A stretch of DNA of 64,000 nucleotides from Spirochaetia bacterium. Its GTDB lineage: Bacteria; Spirochaetota; Spirochaetia; SZUA-6; Bin103. How positions within the stretch are numbered: position 1 is the stretch's first letter; each line of letters opens with the position of its first letter. The stretch is from NCBI GenBank assembly GCA_965203905.1, contig CBDBDQ010000005.1, positions 5,408,001-5,472,000 on the forward strand. Direction: 5' to 3'. This document shows, in pieces, positions 27,338 through 35,914 of this stretch. The translations under genes were made by a program, and so were the position numbers. Under the pieces are notes generated by a model. That model had not been told where the DNA came from. It ran no database searches and saw nothing but the letters and a program-made list of their open reading frames with translations.

Positions 27338-27374
27338 AATGTCGATTATTCGTCGAAAATTGCACATAATTGAT
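27338..27374 (-). promoter_or_regulatory. Putative AraC-family operator, site 4
   Basis: Plus strand AATGTCGATTATTCGTCGAAAATTGCACATAATTGAT. Confidence 0.6.
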
Positions 27375-27396
27375 ATGAGCTAGGAGGAGACAGCGG

Positions 27397-27720
27397 ATGT
27401 ATTCCCTTGGTCTGGCGATGCGGCTGCGCCCCGGCGCGTACGCCGAGTACAAGCGTGCCCACGACGAGTTGTGGCCCGACGTGGCGCAGAGCATGAGCGA
27501 CAATCAGGTGAGCATGGCGATCTACCGCTATGGCGAGAGCCTGATCATTCACGCGGTGGCGCCCACCGAGGAGGACTGGCTGAAGAGCCGTCAGGTGCCG
27601 ATCCTGGAGGAGTGGATGGCCTACATGGCGACGCTCATCGAGACCGGTGACGACGGTCAGGTGGAATTCGAGGAACTGGAGGAGGCGTTTTCGTTCGGCC
27701 GGTTCCGCCAGGAGGGGTAG
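27397..27720 (+). CDS. L-rhamnose mutarotase family protein
   Basis: MRLRPGAYAEYKRAHDELWP, W.AYMA; AGGAGGAG ribosome-binding site. Confidence 0.8.
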   Translation: MYSLGLAMRLRPGAYAEYKRAHDELWPDVAQSMSDNQVSMAIYRYGESLIIHAVAPTEEDWLKSRQVPILEEWMAYMATLIETGDDGQVEFEELEEAFSFGRFRQEG

Positions 27721-27774
27721 GGCGCCGGCAGGGACCGGCGCGCGCCGGCAGGCACCGGCGCGCACCGGCAGGGA
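27721..27774. repeat. Imperfect 20-bp tandem repeat, about 2.7 copies
   Basis: GGCGCCGGCAGGGACCGGCG / CGCGCCGGCAGGCACCGGCG / CGCACCGGCAGGGA. Confidence 0.7.
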
Positions 27775-27827
27775 TGGGTTGAGCCGGCCGGGGCGCTTCT
27801 GGCATGGTCCCGGCGGAGCGGGGTGTA

Positions 27828-28298
27828 ATGGACCTGTCACGTGTGTTTTCTCCCGAGGTCGTCCTGGTGCCGCTGCGGGCGGCGAGCGACGACGATGCCC
27901 TGCGGCAACTGGTCGCGCGGCTGGTGCAAGCCGCGGGGCTCAGCGCGCCGGAGCGGATCCTGGCGCGGCTCACCGAGGAAGCCGCGCTGCGGGCCACCCT
28001 GGTGGGGAACGGAGCGGGCATCGTCCACAGCCGGCTGGAGGAGCTGAAGCGCCCGGTGGCGGCACTCGGCGTGCTGGCGCCGGGCAAGTCGCTGCACCTG
28101 GGCGCCACCCTGCAGTTCGTGGTGGAGGTGATCTTCCTGGTGCTGTCGCCGGTGGAGCCGCCGGAGCCGCACCTGGAACTGATCTCGGCGATCGCCGCCC
28201 TGGTGCGCGACGAGGCGGCGCTCAAACTGCTGCGCGGCGCCTCGGATCCAGCCGCGGCCATCGCCACGCTGACCTACGCCGCCGGCAATGGCCGTTAG
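27828..28298 (+). CDS. PTS IIA (EIIA_2, Ntr/fructose-type) domain protein
   Basis: TLVGNGAGIVHSR (phospho-His region), IFLVLSP, HLELISAIA. Confidence 0.75.
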   Translation: MDLSRVFSPEVVLVPLRAASDDDALRQLVARLVQAAGLSAPERILARLTEEAALRATLVGNGAGIVHSRLEELKRPVAALGVLAPGKSLHLGATLQFVVEVIFLVLSPVEPPEPHLELISAIAALVRDEAALKLLRGASDPAAAIATLTYAAGNGR

Positions 28299-28308
28299 CA
28301 CGTAACCG

Positions 28309-29478
28309 CTACAGCACCTCGATCTGCCAGTCGAAGCCGGGACCCTCGGAGGGGCGGGTGTAGATGCCGTCCGGGCCGCGGGTGATGTTGTTGTCCTCCT
28401 CGTAGCGCCGGTACACCTCGTCCGGACCGCCCGGGGCCGGCATGAACATCTCCGCCCACGGACTGTTGGGGGTGGCCATGATGAAGTGCACGCCGTCGCG
28501 CGAGCCGCCGCCGTGCGGGATCACGGGGATGTCGTAGGCCGCCGCCATGGCCGCGATGCGGCGCAGCTCGGTCAGTCCGCCGCACCAGTGGATGTCCGGC
28601 TGCCAGATTTCCGCCCCTTCGTGCTCCAGGAGTTGGCGGAACCCGTACCGCGTATAGACGTGCTCGCCGGTGGCGATGCGCGTCGAGGCGATCTGCCGGC
28701 GCAGGCGTCCGAACCCGGCGTAGTCGTCCGGCGGCAGGCACTCCTCCAGCCAGTAGACGCGGTACGGCTCCAGCGCCTCCGCCAGCTCCAGCGTGTAGCG
28801 TTCGGTCAGCGCCATCCAGCAGTCGATCATCACTTCGCCATCCTCGCCCAACGCCTCCCGCGCGCGCCTGACCAGCTCCACGTTGCGGCGCAGCCCCGCG
28901 CGCCCGTCGACCGGACCGTGGGGCAGGGCCAGCTTGAGCCTGGTGAAGCCGAACTCCACGTGCTGTTCGATGTCGTTGCCGGTGCAGTAGCAGGGGATGC
29001 GTGGCTTGGTCTCACCGCCGAGCAGCCGGTACACGGGCAGTCCGGACGCCTTGCCGGCGATGTCCCACAGCGCCAGGTCCACCCCGCTGATGGCGTTCAT
29101 CACCACCCCGGCGCGGCCGTAGTGCATGGTGGCGCGCCACAGCAGGTCCCAGATCCGCTCCCGGTCGAGCGCACTCTCGCCCAGCAGCAGCTTGGTCAGG
29201 TGGCCTTCGATGATCGGGCCGCCGCCCGGTCCGCCGGAGCCGAAGCCGGTGACTCCGCGGTCGGTCGCGATCTCCACCCAGAAGCTGTCGACGCCGCCGG
29301 GGTCCGGCATGAACAGGCTGCGCATCGGCTTGTACTTGGGATAGAGGGAAACCGGGTTGGCCACCTCCACGTGGCCGGTGGACCACGCCCCGGGCGCCGC
29401 TTCGTAGCGGGGCAGGGGATCCCGCGGCCGCGTGCGCACCACGCGCACGCCGGTGATTCGGAACATGGTGTCGCTCAT
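28309..29478 (-). CDS. L-rhamnonate dehydratase-like enolase-superfamily enzyme
   Basis: VANPVSLYPKY, HYGRAG, MIDCWMAL, WLEECL, ATGEH, QPDIHWCGG, IPHG. Confidence 0.85.
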   Translation of the reverse strand: MSDTMFRITGVRVVRTRPRDPLPRYEAAPGAWSTGHVEVANPVSLYPKYKPMRSLFMPDPGGVDSFWVEIATDRGVTGFGSGGPGGGPIIEGHLTKLLLGESALDRERIWDLLWRATMHYGRAGVVMNAISGVDLALWDIAGKASGLPVYRLLGGETKPRIPCYCTGNDIEQHVEFGFTRLKLALPHGPVDGRAGLRRNVELVRRAREALGEDGEVMIDCWMALTERYTLELAEALEPYRVYWLEECLPPDDYAGFGRLRRQIASTRIATGEHVYTRYGFRQLLEHEGAEIWQPDIHWCGGLTELRRIAAMAAAYDIPVIPHGGGSRDGVHFIMATPNSPWAEMFMPAPGGPDEVYRRYEEDNNITRGPDGIYTRPSEGPGFDWQIEVL

Positions 29479-29488
29479 GGTGCCGTCC

Positions 29489-30670
29489 TCACGACAGGAA
29501 CAGGTCGAGGAATCGTTCGATGTCGAAGTGCTCCTCGAACAGCTGCTCGATTTCCGCAATCTTGCCGGTGTCGTACACCTGCAGCTTGGTATTCTCGTAG
29601 AGCCGGAACAGCCGCTCCTCGGTGGCGGCCGAGTCCTCCCGCACGTACAGCGCCGGCAGGCCGGCACGGACCAGCTCGTCGCGCACCTCCGCCTCCACCG
29701 GCTCGGTCTCCCCGCAGGTCAGGATCAGCCCGGCGATACCGCCCCGATGCAGGATTTCGGTATGGAACTTGAGGATCTGGCGGATGCGCGGGGTGGAGCT
29801 GGCGCTGATGATCAGCACGTCTCCCAAGCCCACGTAGTGGCGGAGCTGGGTCCCCAGGTGTTGCGCCGGCATCGACACCAGCTTGATCGACGCGCAGGGC
29901 CGGCGCCAGGCGATCGCCTGGGGGTCGCCCAGCGGTTCCACGCCGGGCAGGGCGCCGAGGATCACCCGCATCGAGGGCCGCGGCAGGTCGGGAATGGTGG
30001 GCAGGTAGCCGAAGATGTGCAGCCGGGAGCCGTTGGCGGCCGCGTAGCGTTCGTTGATCAGCTCTTCGTTGAGGTAGCGGCGGGTCTGGTCCAGCTTGTC
30101 GGGAAAGACCTTGTTCACCAGCAGGCCGCGCACCCGGCAGCCGTGATGCAGGAAGTAGCTCAGGTCCACGTCGATGGTATCCAGCGCGCGGCCGATGCCG
30201 CCGCCGGAGACGAAGATGATCTCCGCTCCGAGCAGCTTGCCGACGGTGGCGTTGGACAGACCGACCACGCTGCCCACGCCGGGATGCCCCGAGCCTTCGG
30301 CGATCACGATGCGACGGTCCGCGAGCTGTTCCAGGGAGCGCGTGATCTCCAGCGAGAGCGCGCGCGTCAGCCGGGCGCGGTGCCGCGAATCGAGGTAGGA
30401 GCGGGTGAAGTTGCTGGAAAAGCGCACCGGGGAGAGCTTGGCCAGCGGCAGGTCCGGGAGCTGGGCGAACTCGCCGATCAGCTCCACGTCCTTGTCCACC
30501 ACGATGCCCTTGGCGTCGCGCACCAATTGTTGCCCGACCGGCTTGAGATACCCGATCTCGCTCGGATCGAGGTGCTTGCGGAGCTGGGAGATGATGCCGA
30601 GGCTGGTGACCGTCTTGCCGGCGTGCTGGCGGAAGCCGGTGAGGTAGACGACTACCGGCGCCGGCATCAC
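29489..30670 (-). CDS. BioD-like P-loop (AAA_26)/DRTGG domain protein (Pta N-terminal-like)
   Basis: QHAGKT, GYLKPVG, EGSGHPGVGSVVGLSN, GGIGRALD, GLILTCG. Confidence 0.75.
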   Translation of the reverse strand: MMPAPVVVYLTGFRQHAGKTVTSLGIISQLRKHLDPSEIGYLKPVGQQLVRDAKGIVVDKDVELIGEFAQLPDLPLAKLSPVRFSSNFTRSYLDSRHRARLTRALSLEITRSLEQLADRRIVIAEGSGHPGVGSVVGLSNATVGKLLGAEIIFVSGGGIGRALDTIDVDLSYFLHHGCRVRGLLVNKVFPDKLDQTRRYLNEELINERYAAANGSRLHIFGYLPTIPDLPRPSMRVILGALPGVEPLGDPQAIAWRRPCASIKLVSMPAQHLGTQLRHYVGLGDVLIISASSTPRIRQILKFHTEILHRGGIAGLILTCGETEPVEAEVRDELVRAGLPALYVREDSAATEERLFRLYENTKLQVYDTGKIAEIEQLFEEHFDIERFLDLFLS

Positions 30671-32577
30671 TTGAACAGGTCGGCGATCCGCTGCTCGTTC
30701 TCGGCGGTGATCACGTGGCGTCGCATCTTCAGGGTATGGGTGAGCTGGTCGCCGACCGCGAACGGCTGGTCGAGCACCGCGATGCGGGCGATGCGCTCGA
30801 AGCTCTTGAAGCCGTTCTTGGCGTTCACCCGGCTCTGCACCTCGTCCTGAATCAGGCTCTGCACCTCGCTGCTGGCGGCCAGCGTGGCGAGGTCGTCTCC
30901 GTCGACCCCGCGCGCGGCAGCGTAGGGCGCCACCGTTTCCACGTTGGGGATCACCAGGGCGCCAAGAAAGCGCTGATCCTGGCCCACCACCATGACGTGC
31001 TCGATGTACTCCGACTGCCGCACCAGGTCCTCGATCGGCTCGGGCTCGACGTTTTCGCCGCCCAGCAGGACGACGGTGTCCTTGGCCCGCCCCGTGATCT
31101 GGATCTCGCCGGTTACCGTGACCGTGCCGATGTCGCCGGTATCCAGCCAGCCGTCGGACGACAGCACCGCCGCGGTGTCGCCCGGGCGCTTGTAGTAGCC
31201 CTTCATCACCTGCGGGCCGCGCACGTGAATCACGCCCCTCTCGCCCGGCCGCGCCGTGTTGCCGTCTTCCTTGACGATCCTGACCTCGGTACCGGTGATG
31301 GGGGGGCCGACGGTAGCGCTGACCGGATGGTCGAGCTTGCGCACCGACACCACCGGTGCCGCCTCGGTGAGTCCGTAGCCTTCCAGGACCAGGATGCCGG
31401 CCGCGGCGAAGAAGTCGTCCACGTAGCCCGGCAGCGCCCCGGCGCCGGAGATGCCGGCCTTGAAGCGGGTCCCCAGGCGGGCGGTGATCTTGCTGAACAC
31501 CAGCACCTTGCCCAGCAGCGCGAACGGCGTCAGCAGGATCAGCGGCAGCAGCGCAAGCAGCACGTCACGAGCCGGCGACTGCACCGTGAAGCGCGGCGAC
31601 CGCCCGTGCATCAGGCGCAGCAGCTTGCTGTGGGCGGAGCCGACCGCGATGAAGAACTTGAACAGCGCCGCCTTGACCCCGCCCTCGTGCTCCACGTTGC
31701 GGTAGACGCCGGCGCGGACCCCTTCCCAGATGCGCGGCACGGTGGGGAAGTAGGTGGGGTTGGCGGCAATCAGGTCGGCAAGCATCACCTCGCGGATCGG
31801 CTTCGAGTAGGCGATCCCGGCCCCCGAGAACAGCGCCGCGTACTCGATGATGCGCTCGTAGGAGTGCCACACCGGCAGCACCGACAACAGCATGTCGTCA
31901 GGCCCGATCGGGACCGAATCGGGAATGGCGTCGATCTGGTACACGAAGTTGGCGTGGGTGAGCATCACCCCCTTGGGCTCGCCGGTGGTCCCGGAGGTGT
32001 AGATGATGGTGGCCACGTCATCGGGCGTTCCCTTGGCTACCTCGGCGCGAAACAGCGCCTCCTGCTGTCCCTGCTCGCCGCCGGCGCGGACCAAGTCCTC
32101 CAGGGTGAGCACGTTCAGCCCGTGCCCCTGTGCCTGCTGGCGCGCGGCGTTGGTGAGCTCCGTGGTATCCAGCACGATGGCGGTGGCGAGCTCCGGCAGC
32201 CGCTCCTTGATGCCGGCCAGCTTGGCCAGCTGGGCGGCGTTCTCGACGCAGGAGGTCTTGCAGTCGGCGTGGCCCAGGATGTAGGCGATCTCGTCGCCCG
32301 TGGAGTCGCTGCCGCGCGGCACGTCCACGGCACCCAGCCCGAGCAGCGCCTGGTCGATCAGCAGCCACTCCTTGCGCGTGTCGCAGATCAATCCCACGTG
32401 ATCGCCGCGGGCCACCCCGTTGGCCGCCAGGCCGGCCGCCACCGTGGCTATCTCGGACAGGAGTGCCTGGAATCCGGTGGGCTGGAAGGTGTCTTCGGCA
32501 TCCTTGCTGAGCACCGCGACGGCATCGCGGTGGGTCTCGACGACGCGCAGAAGGCGCTGGGAAACGGTATCCGACAT
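30667..32577 (-). CDS. Long-chain fatty acid--CoA ligase
   Basis: IYTSGTTGEPKGVMLTH, EGYGLTE, GWLDTGD, GRAKD; start could be 32604. Confidence 0.9.
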   Translation of the reverse strand: MSDTVSQRLLRVVETHRDAVAVLSKDAEDTFQPTGFQALLSEIATVAAGLAANGVARGDHVGLICDTRKEWLLIDQALLGLGAVDVPRGSDSTGDEIAYILGHADCKTSCVENAAQLAKLAGIKERLPELATAIVLDTTELTNAARQQAQGHGLNVLTLEDLVRAGGEQGQQEALFRAEVAKGTPDDVATIIYTSGTTGEPKGVMLTHANFVYQIDAIPDSVPIGPDDMLLSVLPVWHSYERIIEYAALFSGAGIAYSKPIREVMLADLIAANPTYFPTVPRIWEGVRAGVYRNVEHEGGVKAALFKFFIAVGSAHSKLLRLMHGRSPRFTVQSPARDVLLALLPLILLTPFALLGKVLVFSKITARLGTRFKAGISGAGALPGYVDDFFAAAGILVLEGYGLTEAAPVVSVRKLDHPVSATVGPPITGTEVRIVKEDGNTARPGERGVIHVRGPQVMKGYYKRPGDTAAVLSSDGWLDTGDIGTVTVTGEIQITGRAKDTVVLLGGENVEPEPIEDLVRQSEYIEHVMVVGQDQRFLGALVIPNVETVAPYAAARGVDGDDLATLAASSEVQSLIQDEVQSRVNAKNGFKSFERIARIAVLDQPFAVGDQLTHTLKMRRHVITAENEQRIADLFK

Positions 32578-32579
32578 GG

Positions 32580-33011
32580 TTATGCTCCGCGTAGACACAG
32601 CCACTCCGCTTCGGCTGCCAACTCGTCACCGACGTACACCTTGCCGCTCTGCCTGATGGCATTGGCACTGCGCCGCCGGGTCGTGACCACGATGCGCGCC
32701 TCGTCTCCGGGGCGCACCTGACGCCGAAACTTGGCTTTTTCGATGCTGGCCAGAAAGGTCACCTTGGCCTCATCATCGGCGCCGTCCTCGCCGGCGCCCA
32801 GGGCGGCCACGCCGGCACCGCCACACTGCGCCATGCACTCCACCAGCAGGACCCCGGGCACCACCGGGTAGGAAGGAAAGTGGCCGGCGAAGAACGGCTC
32901 GTCGGCAGCGAACCGCTTGTAGCCCACGATCTCCTCGGCATCGGCGCGTTCGATCCGGTCCACCAGCAGGAACGGGTGGCGGTGGGGAATCAGCTCGGTG
33001 ATCGGCTGCAT
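32580..33011 (-). CDS. fabZ: 3-hydroxyacyl-ACP dehydratase
   Basis: IPHRHPFLLVD, FFAGHFP, PGVLLVECMAQ, KFRRQVRPGD. Confidence 0.9.
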   Translation of the reverse strand: MQPITELIPHRHPFLLVDRIERADAEEIVGYKRFAADEPFFAGHFPSYPVVPGVLLVECMAQCGGAGVAALGAGEDGADDEAKVTFLASIEKAKFRRQVRPGDEARIVVTTRRRSANAIRQSGKVYVGDELAAEAEWLCLRGA

Positions 33012-33014
33012 GAC

Positions 33015-34256
33015 TCAGATGATCCCCAGTGCGCGCGCTTGCGTGGCACACACTTCCAGTGCGCGGTCCAGCTCGTCGTCGCTGTGAATCGCCATGTAGG
33101 AGGTGCGAATCAGCGCACTGCCGGGCGGCACCGCCGGACTCACCACGGGGTTGGTATACAGGCCGTTATCCATGAGCGCGCGGTAGAACTGAAAGGTCAG
33201 GGCATCGTCGCCGATGATCAGCGGCACGATCGGCGTCTCGGTGTCGCCCACGTCGAAGCCCAGGCGCTTGAACTCGCGGATCATCCGCTGCCCGATGGCC
33301 TGCAGGCGCTGGGTGTGATGGGGCTCTTCCTTCATGATGCGCAGGGCCGTGGACACCGCGGCGATGGTGGCGGGCGGCATGCTCGCGCTGAAGATGAACG
33401 AGCGCGCGTTGTGCTTGATATGGTCGACCACGTCCGCCTCGCCGGCGATGAAGCCGCCCACGGCGCCGAACGACTTGGAGAAGGTGCACATCAGGACGTC
33501 GGCCGCGTCGTAGCAGTCGAAGTGCTCCTGGGAGCCGCGGCCGGTGGCGCCGATCACGCCCAGGGAGTGGGCTTCATCCACGTACAGGCGGGCGCCGTAG
33601 CGGCGCGCCAGCTCGCCCAGCTCCGGCAGCGGTGCGATGTCGCCGTCCATGGAGAATACGCCGTCGGTGACGATCAACTTGCCGCCCCCGTCGTCCACGC
33701 CGCGCAGCAGGCGCTCCAGGTCCTCCAGATCGTTGTGATGATAGCGGTGGATGCGGGCGCCGCCGACGGTAATGCCGGCGGCCAGGAACATGCCGTCCAT
33801 CAGCGAGCCGTGGTTGAGACGGTCGGAGAACACGTGGTCGTGGCGTCCGACCAGGGCCTGCAGCGCTCCCAGGTTGGTCTGATAGCCGGTGGTGAACGAC
33901 AGCGCCGCGGGCTTGCTCACGAACTCCGCCAGCTCGGCCTCCAGCTCTTCGTGCAGCAGCAACGTGCCGTTCAGGAAGCGCGAGCCGGAACAGCTCGTGC
34001 CATATCGGCGGGTGGCTTCGATCGCCGCCTCGATGACGCGCTCATCCCACGACAGGCCGAGATAGTTGTTGGATCCGATCATGATCAACTCGCGGCCGTC
34101 GATGATCACGCGTGAACCGAGGTTCTCCTGGATGGCGGTGTAGTAGGGATAGAAGCCGATTGCTTTCACCCGCTCCGCCTTGTACTGGGCGTAGGCGCGT
34201 ACTTTCTGGAACAGGTCGGTGGTCGCGTCGCTCGCGGGTGCTTGCTGCATCGTCAT
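33015..34256 (-). CDS. PLP-dependent alpha-oxoamine synthase, serine palmitoyltransferase-like
   Basis: GFYPYY, GSNNYLGL, GSRFLNGT, DGVFSMDGD, DEAH, TFSKS, SFIFSAS, NPVVSPA. Confidence 0.8.
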   Translation of the reverse strand: MTMQQAPASDATTDLFQKVRAYAQYKAERVKAIGFYPYYTAIQENLGSRVIIDGRELIMIGSNNYLGLSWDERVIEAAIEATRRYGTSCSGSRFLNGTLLLHEELEAELAEFVSKPAALSFTTGYQTNLGALQALVGRHDHVFSDRLNHGSLMDGMFLAAGITVGGARIHRYHHNDLEDLERLLRGVDDGGGKLIVTDGVFSMDGDIAPLPELGELARRYGARLYVDEAHSLGVIGATGRGSQEHFDCYDAADVLMCTFSKSFGAVGGFIAGEADVVDHIKHNARSFIFSASMPPATIAAVSTALRIMKEEPHHTQRLQAIGQRMIREFKRLGFDVGDTETPIVPLIIGDDALTFQFYRALMDNGLYTNPVVSPAVPPGSALIRTSYMAIHSDDELDRALEVCATQARALGII

Positions 34257-34340
34257 CGATTAAGCCTGACGGCATTGTGGTACACCGTATGCAACCGGAT
34301 GTAAAGCTCAGCGTCGCGAGTGGACCGTGCGCCCTGGGTG

Positions 34341-35027
34341 TCAGCCGGGCACGGGCTCACGCCTGGCCAGCGTGCGGAAGAGTTGCTCGAATTCGGGTTC
34401 GTCCCAGCTCCGGGTGCCGATGATGCGGGCCAGGATCGATCCGTCCTTGTCGATGATGTAGCTCATGGGCAGGGTGCGCGCGCCGTAGGTGGCGGCGATT
34501 TCGCCGCTGCTGTCCAGCAGGATCCGGAACGAGAGCTCCAACTCGTCTGCGAAGCCCCGCACCCGTGCGGCGTCCTCCTGCAGGTTGACCGCTATCATGG
34601 CGAACTCCGCCGTGTCGGCGAGACGTTCGTGCAGTGCCTGCATGGCCGGCATTTCGATCCGGCACGGCGCGCACCAGGTTGCCCAGAAGTTGAGGAACAC
34701 CACCGAACCGCGGTAGGAGTCGAGCGAGTGGGTGGTGCCGGCGAGATCCTGCAGATCGAAGCCCACCGCCTGTACCGCGCGGCGCGGCAACTGGAAGCCC
34801 AGTTCCTGCATCAGTGCGTCGATCGTGGCGCCGGCGCTGGGGCTGTCGCCGGCGTCGGGAACGGTGGTGGCGGCAGGCGCGGGCGGCGCTGCGCCGGGCA
34901 CCTGCTCCCTGGCCGCCTCGCGGCGTCCGAACGCCGTGGCAGTGGCGCCGGCGAGGCACACCGCGAGCAGCGCAAGCGCCAGCGTGCGCGAGGCGCCGGG
35001 CGGCCGTCGGATCGGGGGCCGATTCAT
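34341..35027 (-). CDS. TlpA-family thiol:disulfide oxidoreductase
   Basis: LNFWATWCAPCRIEMP; N-terminal signal or anchor. Confidence 0.9.
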   Translation of the reverse strand: MNRPPIRRPPGASRTLALALLAVCLAGATATAFGRREAAREQVPGAAPPAPAATTVPDAGDSPSAGATIDALMQELGFQLPRRAVQAVGFDLQDLAGTTHSLDSYRGSVVFLNFWATWCAPCRIEMPAMQALHERLADTAEFAMIAVNLQEDAARVRGFADELELSFRILLDSSGEIAATYGARTLPMSYIIDKDGSILARIIGTRSWDEPEFEQLFRTLARREPVPG

Positions 35028-35115
35028 GGCGTTGGGACGGTGCGCCCAGGCGCGACGTCCGCAACCTGGTTCGAAGCATTGCATCGATCGTGTGGCATCG
35101 ATAGTAACGGAGCGC

Positions 35116-35808
35116 TCAGGCCGCGAACAAGGTGCCGGTCAGCACCGCCAGGTTGAAGGCGGCGTGGGCCCAGGCGAGGCGGTGTACGGAAGGGCGGTGG
35201 CGGTAGAGGAGGGCGAAGGCGACACCGATCAGCAGGGCGGTGACCGCGGCCAGCCAGCCCTGATACAGGTGACCGAGGGCGAACAGCAGGGCCGAGGTCA
35301 GCACCGCCAGCCACGGCGGAGTGGCGATCTCGTCCAGCACGGTGAGGAGGTAGGCCCGGAAGTAGAGCTCTTCGCGGTAGGCGCTGATCAGCACGAAACC
35401 CAGCGCCAGTGGCACCTGTGCCACGCCCTGCAGCTCCCAGCGATAGCCGCGCAGGAGCGACTCCCGCAACGGATCGGGCAGGGCGCCGGCCAGCAGTGAC
35501 GCCAGCGCCAGCGCAGCTACGATTCCGGCCGCGATGATGCCGGCCTCCGCGGCGTCACGGCCGTGGAACCGCCAGCGGAATCGCCTGCGGCCGCGATCGC
35601 GCAGCATGACCAGCACCAGCACGCCGCTCTGCAAGGCGGCCAGCGCCCCCGCGCTGACCAGCGTGCGCGGTACGCCGAGCCAACCGACCGGCAGCAGCAC
35701 CAGCAGGTACAGCAGGGCCAGCCGTCCCAGTGCCGCCGCCGGAGCGCGCGCGGAGGGAGTCGGCGGCACAGGTCCGGCCGCGGACCCCGAACCGTCGCGG
35801 GAGCGCAT
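35116..35808 (-). CDS. CPBP (Abi/CAAX) intramembrane protease
   Basis: EELYFR, FALGH, AHAAFN. Confidence 0.85.
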   Translation of the reverse strand: MRSRDGSGSAAGPVPPTPSARAPAAALGRLALLYLLVLLPVGWLGVPRTLVSAGALAALQSGVLVLVMLRDRGRRRFRWRFHGRDAAEAGIIAAGIVAALALASLLAGALPDPLRESLLRGYRWELQGVAQVPLALGFVLISAYREELYFRAYLLTVLDEIATPPWLAVLTSALLFALGHLYQGWLAAVTALLIGVAFALLYRHRPSVHRLAWAHAAFNLAVLTGTLFAA

Positions 35809-35914
35809 GTGGCGCCATCATACCCGCTGGCGATCGGGCGCGCAGAGTGCCAGCCGACGGCGGCGGGCCAGGCAGACCAAAAAAGCGGCGGCGGAGTTCG
35901 GGCCGTTAAGAACG

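Noticed and set aside
27721-27774. CRISPR-like array
   Set aside because: Units are contiguous with no spacers, there are fewer than 3 copies, and no cas genes are present.
33015-34256. Biotin synthesis (BioF plus BioD) operon
   Set aside because: The P-loop protein has a DRTGG-like extension and matches the Pta N-terminal type, there is no bioA or bioB, and the synthase looks SPT-like. Not fully excluded without a tree.
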